This document shows positions 12,667 to 23,854 of a stretch of 64,000 nucleotides of DNA, in pieces; position 1 is the stretch's first letter; every line of letters starts with the position of its first letter. The notes under the pieces are model-generated. The model worked only from the letters and a program-made list of their open reading frames with translations, had not been told where the DNA came from and did no database searches. A program made the translations under genes and the position numbers. Source of the DNA: Malacoraja senta (lineage: Eukaryota); contig CM075991.1 in the NCBI GenBank assembly GCA_038087875.1, forward strand, positions 8,062,001-8,126,000. Reading direction: 5' to 3'.

Positions 12667-13720
12667 CAATCAGATTACAGTTCCTGGTCTGCTGAGTGAG
12701 AAAGGAGAAAAGAATAATGTTGGGAGAAGGGAGGTGTGGGGGAAAGGTAATGGTTGCATGTTAATTGACATCAATTTTGCCTCTAAGGTGGAAGTTATGA
12801 CTACTTACAGCTGATGTATCACTTTTACTTACAGATCTCTTTATTCTTACGATGCAACGGCAAGAACTTTCTGCCAGGCTTTAACTCTCTGTTGAGAAAG
12901 TTGTCACCTCATTACTTGCAGTGAAGCTTAAAGTCCAATTCACCATTTCTAGCCAATCTCAATGGGCAGTCTAAAGAAGGGTCTCCACCCGAAACGTCAC
13001 CCATTCCTTCTCTCCAGAGATGCTGCCTGTCCCGCTGAGTTCCCCCAACATTTTGTGTCTCTCTTCAGTGGCCAGACCTTTTGGTTTATCCATTCGGTTC
13101 AGAACTAAAGGAACTGCCATACATACGCTGGTTTACAAAAGAGGACACAAGGTGTTCATACTCAGCGGGTCAGGCAACATCTCTGGAGAATGTGGACGTT
13201 TTAAGTCGGGACCCATTTGGTTCATCCTGCCTGGCTCTGCTGCTTGAAAGAATTCCCCCTCTGTGTGTTGAATTCTCCAATTTTAGGCAATAGTTTCTGC
13301 TTTCATTTCATATCCGAGCAATTTTTATAAAATGTATCACTTTCAGGAGAGAAATTTTGGAAGCACGTTCACTCTCAGAGTGTGTGAGAAATTTGGAACT
13401 CGCATCTGCAAGTGGCAAGCCAACTCTTAACTTCACATCTGAGATTGCTAGATTTTGAATGCGGGGAGATCGGGCAAAGGTGGGTCTGTGGACTTTGATC
13501 AATTTATCAGCCATGATGCAGTTGAATGATGACACAGGCTCGAAGGGCTGAATCATCTCCGCAGATCCCACCCCACGCCAGATGGACGCATTGATCTGAA
13601 AGATCACTCAGTCCGCAGGCAATGCCACGGTGGGACTGAAAGCTGGAATGAAAGTCAAGTCAAACTGAGTTTGTGAGTTAACTGATCAATTGGTTTCTCC
13701 TCCTCCATCCACCCCCACAG

Positions 13721-13824
13721 ATCTGAGAAAAAACTTTGAACAAGATCCGCAGGCAAAGGAGGTTCCTCTTGAAGGGAAGATAATCCTGCATTGTCGTCCG
13801 CCTGAGGGAGTTCCCTCAGCCAAG
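13721..13824 (+). CDS. UNC5D: UNC5D-like exon, start of Ig domain 2 ([35 protein letters not shown])
   Basis: CCCACAG acceptor and GTAAGA donor; 104 nt, phase 1/0, in frame with the previous exon. Carries the UNC5 signature LRKNFEQ.P...CRPPEGVP. Not in the ORF track. Confidence 0.93.
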
Positions 13825-15345
13825 GTAAGAAGCAGCTATTGATCAGAATCAGAATCAGAATCAGATTTTACTTCGGAGTCACGTAATCACCAACGTAACT
13901 CCTCATAAAATAAAGATCAAACTTCAAACTGGTAAGTTCTCGTTTAATCTTACTATTTTATTCGCCAAGTATGTTTTGCAACATACGAGGAATTTTAACT
14001 GGCCTTGATTCATCACCTTGAAGCATCATTTCAAAGATTCAATGCCGTTATTATTGCTCTTGGTATCACCATGTTTGGAACATCGCTTTGATAAGTTTAG
14101 TTCAGAGATATGGCACGGAAGCAGGCCCTTCGGCCCACCGAGTCCGGGCCGACCAGCGATCGCCCCATACACTAACACTACCTGCACACACTAGGGGACA
14201 TTTTATTTTATTTTTTATAACAAGCCAATGAACCTACAGACCTGTACATCTTCGGAGCGTGGGAGGAAACCGAAGATCTCGGAGAAAACCCACGCAGGTC
14301 ACAGGGAGAATGTACAAACTCCATACAGACAGCACCCGTAGTCGGGATCGAACCCGGGTCTCCGCCGCTGCATTTGCTGTAAGGCAGCAACTCTACCGCT
14401 GTGCCACCGTGACTGCCCTCTGACTGAAGTAGTAGCCAGGATGTGGGATACAAGTTATATTAGGAGATACGAACGGAATGTAAGAAAGGAAATACTTCCG
14501 TGGTCGGTACAGACAAGCACCCGTGGTCAGGATTGAACCCGGGACTCTGGAGCTGTAAGGCAGCAACTCTACCGCTGCGCTATCGTGCCACCCCTATGCA
14601 CTCCCATGTTGAAATGATTCAGACAGATCGACTGCACTTGATATTTCCTATGACTTAGAGAGAGGACAAGCTAGCCCACTGAGTCTATGCTGATTCACAG
14701 AGTATTCCCTTTCCCCTACTAGTTATAGAGTCATACAGCGTGGATACAGGCCCTTCGGCCCAACTTGCCCACATCGCCCAACATGCCCCATCTACACTGT
14801 TCCCACTTGCCTGCATTTGGCCCAGATCCCTCTAAACCTGTCCTTTCCATGTACCTTTCGAATTGCTTATTAAACATTATGACAGTACCTGCCTCAGCTA
14901 CCTCCCCCAGCAGCTCGTTCCATTCACCCGCCACCCTCGATGTCCCTGTAACCTATTCACCCCACATTCCCATCAGCCTCCCCAAATCTACCACTCACCC
15001 ACACGCGAGGGACGGATTGTAGTGGCCAATTAACCTACCAATTTCCAAATCTCAGGGATGTGGGAGGAAACCTTGGTTTGGTTTGGAGATACAATGTGGA
15101 AACAAGCCCTTCGGCCCACCGAGGCCAAGTTGACCATTATTCCACTAGTTCTATGTTATCCCACTTTATCATCCTACACACCAGGGAAAATTTACAGACG
15201 GCAATTAACCTACAAACCTGCACGTATTTGGGATGTGGGAGGAAACTGAGAGTATAATTATTTACATAATTTCAGCATTTTGGTGCAGATAGGTAATTTA
15301 GAATTACATTTTTACAATGGGTGCACATCTCAACTGATAGAATAA

Positions 15346-15671
15346 TGGCCCTGTCCCACGGTACGAGTTCATTCCAAGAGCTCTCCCGAGTTTGCCCTGA
15401 TTCGAACTCGGAGATTTACGGTAACGGCCGCTTGTCGGTACTCGGGGCTCTCGTGGACATTTTTCAAAATGTTGAAAAATCTTCACGAGTCTTCCCGACC
15501 TTACCTGCCATTAGCGAGTCTTCCCGAGTACCTGCCGTTAGCGTTACGAGCCGCTAAGAGACATCCCCGAGCTCCGACGTACCCTCTATGTTCATTCTCC
15601 GTGCTTACCACGAGTTTTTTTTTAAACTCGGGAGAGCTCTTGGAATGAACTCGTACCGTGGGACAGGGCCA
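15346..15671. mobile_element. PIF/Harbinger-type MITE, type C
   Basis: ~40-bp inverted ends TGGCCCTGTCCCACGGTACGAGTTCATTCCAAGAGCTCTCCCGAG; TAA on both sides. Confidence 0.85.
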
Positions 15672-17589
15672 TAACTTTGAATATTCAATCTCCTGTGGAT
15701 TTAGTAATTGAGGCATAGAGCGTGGAAGCAGGCCCATCGGCCCAACTTGCCCATGCCGGCCAACATGTCCCATCTACACTAGTCCCATCTGCCTGCATTT
15801 GGCCATACCCCTCAAAACCTGTCCTGTCCTGTCCATCTAGCTGGCTCAATGTTTCTTAAACATTGCAACACTACCTGCGAATTTCTAAAGGGTTCTGAAA
15901 AATCCTAGACATCCAAACTATAGTTCGTTCAGCAAATGTTAAGGGATAGACTAACACCCAGAATATTAACTGACAAAAGCAATGATGTCTTGAACTCTTT
16001 GTTCAATGGCCACTTGGTACCTTGCCCAATCTTCAGTGATAAGTGAGACCCATTAATACAAATACTTTCTTGTCTTCCCTGTCATTGTTACAATGGCACA
16101 GTATTGGAATATCCTGCTCCCAGCGACAGGTTCCATTGGCCTTAATGCATCAATCAATATTACACTCTGAATGGGATTTGGGTGCCAGAGACCCGGGTTC
16201 GATCCCAACATCAGGTGCTGTCTCCTGTCTCTGTGGAGTTTGCACAATGCTATGTATCATGTTTACATATGTAGACACAAAATGCTGGAGTAACTCAGCG
16301 GGTGAGGCAAGCATCGCAGGAGAAAAGGAATGGTCTCGCCCCGAAACTTCACCCCATTCCTTCTCTCCAGAGATGCTGCCTGTCCCGCTGAGTTACTCCA
16401 GCTTTGTGCGTCTGTCGCTAAGTAACGCCCGTGGTCAGGATCGAACCCAGGTCACTGGAGCTGTGACGCAGCAGCTCGATTAGCTGCACCACCGCGCTGC
16501 CCCTCGTTCATATGAATTTTTCATTTTGATTTTCACAGGCACAGCTTGCTTATTTAAGTGAATTTATAGCACCTGGTAGAATCTGTAATTAGTGTGGCAT
16601 TGATATCCAGGTTTAGGTTTCGGGCACCAGCAGGAGTGAGCCTGCCACATTCTTTCCAAGATTATTTCATTTTCGAAATCAATAAAAAACCCTCTCTTGC
16701 CTGCACCTGCTGTGAATGGGATTGGATGAAAGAAAAATATATTTATATTCCTAAAGTGCCTGACCACATCTCTCAGGCTCTTCAAAGCACTTCATTTCAA
16801 GCCACTGCGACGGGCCTTATCAGCTCCGTCCCACGTGTAGCATGGAGGTGAATGAAGTGGGAATATCAGGGAGAACAAGCAATCTCCTGCAGCACAGAAC
16901 AGCATGGGGAACGGCCCTTGCCCCCACAGTGTTTGTGCCCAACATGATGCCAATTGAATCGGATCTCATCTGCCCGCAGACGAAAAATGCTGGAGAAACT
17001 CAGCGGGTGAGGCAGCATCTTTGGAGAGAAGGAATAGGCGACGTTGCCTGCGTACGATCTATCTGCCTCTATCCATTCCACTTCCATGTGCCTATCTAAA
17101 AGCCTCTTAAACACCACTATAATATCACACAAAGCAACAATAGACAATAGACAATAGGTGCAGGAGTAGGCCATTTGGTCCTTCGATGTGGTCATGGCTG
17201 ATCATCCCCAATCAGTGCCCCATTCCTGCCTTCTCCCCATATCCCCTGACTCCGTTATTTTTAAGAGCCCTATCTAGCTCTCTCTTGAAAGCATCCAGAG
17301 AACCGGCCTCCACCGCCCTCTGAGGCAGAGAATTCCACAACCTCCCTTCCTTTGATCGACACAAAAAGCTGGAGTAACTCAGCGGGTCAGACAGCATCTC
17401 TGGAGAAAAGGAATGGGTGACGTTTCGGGTCGAGACCCTTCTTCAGACAGAACTTCAGACGGAAGAAGGATCTCGACCCGAAAACGTCACTTATTTCTTT
17501 TCTCCACAGATGCTGCCTGACCCGTTGAGTTACTCTAGCTTTTTGTGTCTATCTGTGGGTTGAACCAGCATCTGCAGTTCCTTCCTACT

Positions 17590-18005
17590 CCCTTCCATTG
17601 ACTCCATTTATACCTCACGCTGCCTCGACAAGACCAGCAGCATAATCAAGGATGAGTCACACCCCTGGCCACTCCCTCTTCTCCCCTCTGGCATCGGGCA
17701 AAAGGTATAGAAGTGTGAAAACGCACACCTCCAGATTCCGGGACAGTTTCTTCCCAGCTGTCATCAGACAACTGAACCATCCTACCACAACCAGAGAGCA
17801 GTGCCGAACTACTATCTACCTCAAAGGGGACCCTCGGACTATCTTTGATTGGACTTTACTGGCTTTACCTTGCACTAAACGCTATTCCCTTATCATGTAT
17901 CTACACACTGTGAATGGTTTGATTGTAATCATGTATTGTCTTTCCGATGACTGGTTAGCAGGCAACAAAAGTTTTTCACTGTACCTCGGTACACGTGACG
18001 ATAAG
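17590..18005 (+). mobile_element. Rex1/Babar-like LINE 3' fragment
   Basis: HPGH-like HTPGHSLFSPLASGKRYRSVKTHTSRFRDSFFPAVIRQLN followed by a 3' UTR. Confidence 0.75.
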
Positions 18006-20745
18006 CTAATCTGCCTCCACCACCACCCATGGCAATGCATTCCACACCCGCACTATTCTCTGTGAAAAGAATTCTCTCATAAAACTTTCCCCTCTCACCT
18101 TATAGCTATGCCCTCTAATCTTGGACATCTCCACCCTGGGAGAAAAATGCTGACTGCCTACCCTATCCATGCCTCATGTTATATATTTCAATCAAGTCTC
18201 TCCTCAGCCTCCGACGTTCCAGAGAAATGTGGTATGTTTAATATCAACTGGATCTTTGGAATGCGTTTGGATGTTTTACCCCTCACATGTAGCAAGGTGA
18301 CACCAAGGTGCCAGTTTGCAAAGCACTTACTGTCCCAAAACACACCATCCATCCCCAATGCTGATAATTAAAGTCCATTCTTTGCATCTACATTATCTTT
18401 ATAAATTGTTTCCCCCTCAGATGTTCAATCTTCACGTTAAATATATCCTCAGGGCAGCACAGTGGTGCAGTGGCTAAACTTGCTGCCTTACAGCACCAGA
18501 GAACCGGGTTCCATCCTGACCTCAGGTGACGTCTGTGTGGAGTTTTGCACATTCTCCATGTCACTGCGGGAGTTTCCTCCCACATCCCACGGGTCTGTAG
18601 GTCAATTAGCCTCTGTAAATTGTCCCTGTGAAGTGCAAATGGGTTAACATGAGGCTGGTGTGAATGGGTGATCGATGATGGTCGACGGCCGGCGTGGACA
18701 CGGTGGGCCGAAGGGCCTCTTTCCATGCTGTATTTCTGAAATCTAAAAACTATTCACCTCAAGGGCAATAGTGAAGGCAACATACTCATCTTACCATAGT
18801 TTGGACTTGATCTTATATATATGGCGTGTAAGTTTAAATCTTGCTTGTGTGGCATCATGAAAAAGACCATTTCTTTGCATGCATCAAATATGCTTGAAAT
18901 CTACTCGTGAAAATTGAAGTCAGTGGAATGAAAATTCAGAAAGGAAAGCTGATTAAAGACGCTTCCTCGGTATAATACGAGAAAATCAGCCTGTATTATT
19001 GAGCGGAACTACCAGTGACAGGGCTGCGACTCTCAACGATTTGATTCAGTGGGCGAGAGTGTTACCTGTTAAGCTAAATTGATGCTGGCACTCTCCTTAT
19101 TTTCTCATCAGCTTCATTGAAATACTTCCACGGCATTTACCTTAATGCAGATTTCAAGGAGTTTTCCACTAAACGGCTAATTCCTCGGTCTTGGCTGTTG
19201 TCGGCAAAAAGCATCTTTGTGTTGCGACTGATTGAAATTCCTCGGCCAAGGCACGGAGGATTTTAATGCCCTTGCACTTCTGAGCTAGCCGCTCACGAGA
19301 GGGAAAGCTGCAGAATGATGAGATGCCTTCTGTTTGTCCAGAGAGATTTAAGCAATAAACATTCGTTCCATAATTTCTCCAAAGTGCATCATCTGTCATC
19401 TTTTTGGCACCTTTCCCAGGTAGTTGTGATCAGCTTACAGCAAAGAACACTTCAACAAGTACAGTATCTGGCCAGATAAACATTTCTCAAAGGGATGGGA
19501 TGAATGAAGAACTCAACAGTGATGGATATGTGTGGGAAAGGAACTGCAGATGCTGCTTTAAACTGGAGACAGACACAAAAAACCTGGAGTGACTTCTGCT
19601 GAAGAAGGGTCTTGGCCCGAAACGTCACCTTATCCTTTCCTCCAGAGATGCTGTCCGGTCCGCCGAGTTACTCCGGCTTTTTGTGTCTGTGTACAGTGGT
19701 GGGTATATTCGGTATCATGGAAAGTAGATCCATGGGATTTACAGCGCAGGTCTCTCATCCCACAAAGCATGTGCCACCTTAAACTGTGTAGGAAGGAACT
19801 GCAGATGCTGGTTTAAATCGCAGATAGACACAAAATGGTGGAGTAACTCAGCGGGATGGACACGGTGGAGAACGATGGAAGAGGGAGCCGGCGATGATGG
19901 TCTCGAGGAGTAAGGACCGGTAGGAAAGCGAACTGGTGTCGTATCTTCCGCACCTTAAGGTCATCTTCGGGAGGCGAGGACGTCAGTTTACTGAATGATC
20001 CAGATGAAGGCAACGGCTGAAGGCCCTGCAGCAGCCTGGGGCTCGCCTGGATCGGGCGCTCCATGGGGACCCAGCGTGCGGTCCTTGCAAATGACACCGA
20101 ATCTGGCGACTCGAATAATAATTTCATTGAATTTTTCACACATGGCCACAAAGCACCACTCTTCTTCTTCTTGCATATGGCGTGCACAGCCCAAAGCAGG
20201 ACAACTTGTTCTATTTGATCTTATTTGATTGTGCACACCAGGTTGATCACATTCGTCGACCACGTGAAGGTTGCAATCTCCCACCCAAAGCACCATTGAA
20301 CCAAAGATTGACCAAATGCTGGAGTAACTCAGCGGGACAGGCAGCATCTCTGGAGAGAAGGAATGGGCGATGATTCGGGTCGTGATTGAAGAAGGGTTTC
20401 GACCCAAAACGTCACCTGTTCCTTCTCTCCAGAGATGCTGCCTGGCCCGCTGAGTTACTCCAGCATTTTGAGGCATGTTGAACTAATCTATTGAGCTTGC
20501 ATGTGCTCCAAATCACTCCATTCTCTGCAACGTTCACTAGTTCTTTATTTGTCAGAGATGCAATTGCACAATCAAATTATTTTTGCATTTATATCACACA
20601 TGCAGGCACGGCCATTTTTGGCACCATTATTCAAAGTCCGGTCGGCCCGCACGCTCTGCAGTAGTTCCTTGTTTCAACATCACAGAATAAGTGGGATTGA
20701 AATACAGTAACAGCTACTAATGTCCTAAGGATCTTTATAAGTATA

Positions 20746-21278
20746 TGTGTAAGAAAGAACTGCAGATGCTGGATAAAATCGAAGGTAGACACAAAAAGCT
20801 GGAGTAACTCAGCGGGTGAGGCAGCATCTCTGGAGAGAAGGAATGGGCGACATTTCGGGTCGAGACCCTTCTTCAGACTGATGTCAGGGGAGGGACAAAG
20901 ATAGAATGTAGGCGGAGACAGTAAGACTGGTGGGAGAACTGGGAAGGGGGAGGGGATGGAGAGAGAAAGCAAGGGCTATCTGATGTTAGAGAAGTCAATG
21001 TTCATACCGCTGGGGTGTAAACTACCCAAGCGAAATATGAGGTGCTGTTCCTCCAATTTGTGCTGGGCCTCACTCTGACAATGGAGGAGGCCCAGGACAG
21101 AAAGGTCAGATTGGGAAAGGAAGGGGGAGTTGAAGTGCTGAGCCACCGGGAGATCAGGTAGGTTAAGATGGACTGAGCGAAGGTGTTCAGCGAAACGATC
21201 GCCGAGCCGGCGCTTGGTCTCACCGATGTAGAGAAGTTGACACCTGGAATAGCGGATACAGCAGATGAGGTTGGAGGA
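20746..21278 (-). mobile_element. Penelope-like GIY-YIG fragment with terminal repeat and hammerhead-like motif (20849-20876)
   Basis: Homologous to 8700-9210 but a different subfamily (stem II GGGTCTCGACCC). Confidence 0.85.
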
Positions 21279-21784
21279 TATAATTATAGTTGGGCGGTCT
21301 GAGAGGTGTGATCAATGTTTGGCCAACTTCACTACACTCTGTGTGTGTGTGTTTAGGAGAACTGGTGTGTGTGATTTCAATCCGCGCTGCCGGGTTGCTG
21401 GAAACGCATCTCTCCCCAGGGATTAGCTTCTGTATCCTCCTTGGTGAAATTGCTTGATATGCTTATTAAGCAACTTTGTGTCGGCTCAGAGAGGAACTGA
21501 GAAATAACCGCACCATTAAAGAGAAAGAGACTGCAGTAAGGCGAGCAAAGCAGGTAGACAACAGCATTTAAAAAGTGTGATTAAACATAGTTCGAAGGTC
21601 TCCAATGAGGTAGATTGGAGGTCAGGACCGCACTCTTGTTGGTGAGAGGACGGTTCAGTTGCCTGATAGCAGCTGGGAAGAAACTGTCCTTGAATCTGGA
21701 GGTGTGCGTTTTCACACTTCTATTCTTGCCTGTTGGGGGAGGGGAGAAGAGGAAAGGGCCTGTCCCACTTGGCGGGTTTTTTCG

Positions 21785-21984
21785 NNNNNNNNNNNNNNNN
21801 NNNNNNNNNNNNNNNNNNNNNNNNNNNNNNNNNNNNNNNNNNNNNNNNNNNNNNNNNNNNNNNNNNNNNNNNNNNNNNNNNNNNNNNNNNNNNNNNNNNN
21901 NNNNNNNNNNNNNNNNNNNNNNNNNNNNNNNNNNNNNNNNNNNNNNNNNNNNNNNNNNNNNNNNNNNNNNNNNNNNNNNNNNNN
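21785..21984. other. Assembly gap (200 N)
   Basis: Run of N. The left flank is the start of a Harbinger-type MITE and the right flank is the interior of a Tx1-like LINE, so the two sides are not contiguous. Confidence 0.99.
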
Positions 21985-22375
21985 CCACCATCCTCATCTT
22001 TGGACACCCTGTGCCTAGGGTAGAGGGTAGGGGCTGAAGACGTCCTGGTTGGGCTGCTCCTGGGCCTGGCCAAGCTGGCCGTCCGCGAGTCACGGCGGAA
22101 GAGGGCTCTGCCCGAGCCGGCTGCCTGCCCCTTTCCCGGGGTTACGTCTGCACCCCGGTGGCACTAGAGAGGGACTACGTGCTGTCCACGGGCGCCCTGG
22201 GGGGGGGGGCGGGTATCTGGGACCGCGGGGGGGAGCGATGTATCCTTAATAAGGATGGGGAAATATTAGTTAAAGGAAAATACACATTGCTTGTATTGTG
22301 GTGGTGGGTTTAGTTTTGAATTATTTGGTGTTGTAAGTAGTATTGTAAATACGTGAATAGATCTATTTTTGGTTG
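21985..22375 (+). mobile_element. Tx1/L1-like LINE 3' fragment
   Basis: PTILIFGHPV.R.EGR followed by LLLGLAKLA; homologous to the reverse complement of 55780-56150. Confidence 0.7.
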
Positions 22376-22762
22376 AAAACAAACAGTGTGCTGTGGGTCA
22401 GAGTGCCTGTGATGGTCCACCCCCCCCCACACACACACACACACAAACCTCCGTGAACGCTGATCGCCACGGGGAGTCGAGCGTATTGTAGATATTGTGT
22501 TATAATAACCGCCTGATGTAATATGACAAGTGAAAGTCTACGTACCTTCTGGTACACTGAAAAATGCAGATACTGAATAAAGTCCTTGTTAGGAAGGGGG
22601 GGGGGAATCAGCATTGACATCTCTTTGATATTGTCCTTTGGGCTTCGAACTTTAGACTTTATTGATACACGTCCACCGGGTCTGTGTCGACCAACGATAG
22701 CCCTATATATACACTAGCACGATCCTACACACTAGGGACAATTTACAGTTTTGTACAATTAT

Positions 22763-23160
22763 AAACTGGAGGAACAGCATCTCATATTTCGCTTGGGGAG
22801 CTTACAACACAGTGGTATAATGCATTAATTTCTCTAACTTCCATTAAACCTTGCATCTCCTCTCTCTCTCTGTCCCTCGCCCACCCTAGTCGTTTCACCG
22901 TCATCCTGTTGAGTTTCATTGTCTATAACTCATTTTCACCTAGCCCACAGATAATGATGGAGCGTTTCTTTGATCTACGTTACCTTTTTGCAACATTTCA
23001 TTCATTTGTTCCACATCTCTCTATAACACCCTCTATCATCTCTCATTTCCCCTTTCCCCCGACTTTCAGTCCGAAGAAGGGTCTCAACCCGAAACGTCAC
23101 CTATTCCTTTTCTCCAGTGATGCTGCCTGACCCGCTGAGTCACTGCAACTTTTTGTGTCA
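22763..23160 (+). mobile_element. Penelope-like 3' fragment with a degenerate hammerhead-like motif at ~23071
   Basis: KLEEQHLIFRLGSL followed by the terminal repeat CCGAAGAAGGGTCTCAACCCGAAACGTC. Confidence 0.75.
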
Positions 23161-23215
23161 CAATGGAGGCCATTAACTTCAGATTTGCTTCTAATCCCTT
23201 TGTCTTTCTGCGCAG

Positions 23216-23401
23216 GTATTGAGACCAACAGTGACGTGGCGCTGTATTCTGGACTGGGGGCGGCAGTGATTGCAGTCGCTATGCTCGCGGTGGGCATCAC
23301 ATTGTACCGGAGAAGTCAAAGTGAATACGGTGTCGATGTTATTGACTCCTCAGCTCTGACCGGTGGCTTCCAGTCTTTCAACTTCAAGACAGTCAGACAG
23401 G
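23216..23401 (+). CDS. UNC5D: UNC5D-like transmembrane/juxtamembrane exon ([61 protein letters not shown])
   Basis: TTTCTGCGCAG acceptor and G|GTTGGT donor; 186 nt, phase 1/1. Hydrophobic helix followed by YRR, and a DVID caspase-site motif typical of UNC5D. Confidence 0.95.
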
Positions 23402-23429
23402 GTTGGTGTGCTGCACAGTTTAATATTAA

Positions 23430-23854
23430 TGGACCTGTCCCACTTAGGCTATTTTTTAGGCGACTGTCATAGACTTACAAGGTCGCCGAAAAACCGGCAC
23501 CTGGACCCTCCTACGACATAAAATTGTCTATAATAAATCTATAAAGAATCATCACTTTAACAAAAAAAACCAAAGTCAGCACCGGTGACAACCTACGTCA
23601 CCTGGCGACAACTACGCCCGCACGTACGTCAGGAGAAGTCAAGCTACGCTCATTGGCGTCAAACCCACTGTCGGCGACTGTCGGTGAAAATTTTTCAACA
23701 TGTTGAAAATCCAGCGGCGAGCAGAAAGACGCTACGACTCTCTGGGAGACTGAGGAGACGACTCATGACCGTACAGGCAACACCCTGGCGACCATGTGGC
23801 CACAGCCTAGTCGCCTGTAGTTGCCTAAAGAATCGCCTAAGTGGGACAGGCCCA
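23430..23854. mobile_element. PIF/Harbinger-type MITE, type B
   Basis: TIR TGGACCTGTCCCACTTAGG / CCTAAGTGGGACAGGCCCA; TAA TSD. Confidence 0.85.

Noticed and set aside
16681..16715. ATAAAAAACCCTCT as the short UNC5D linker mini-exon (DKKPL-like)
   Set aside because: No AG acceptor or GT donor in register, the similarity is very short, and it would precede the missing TSP1 exons.
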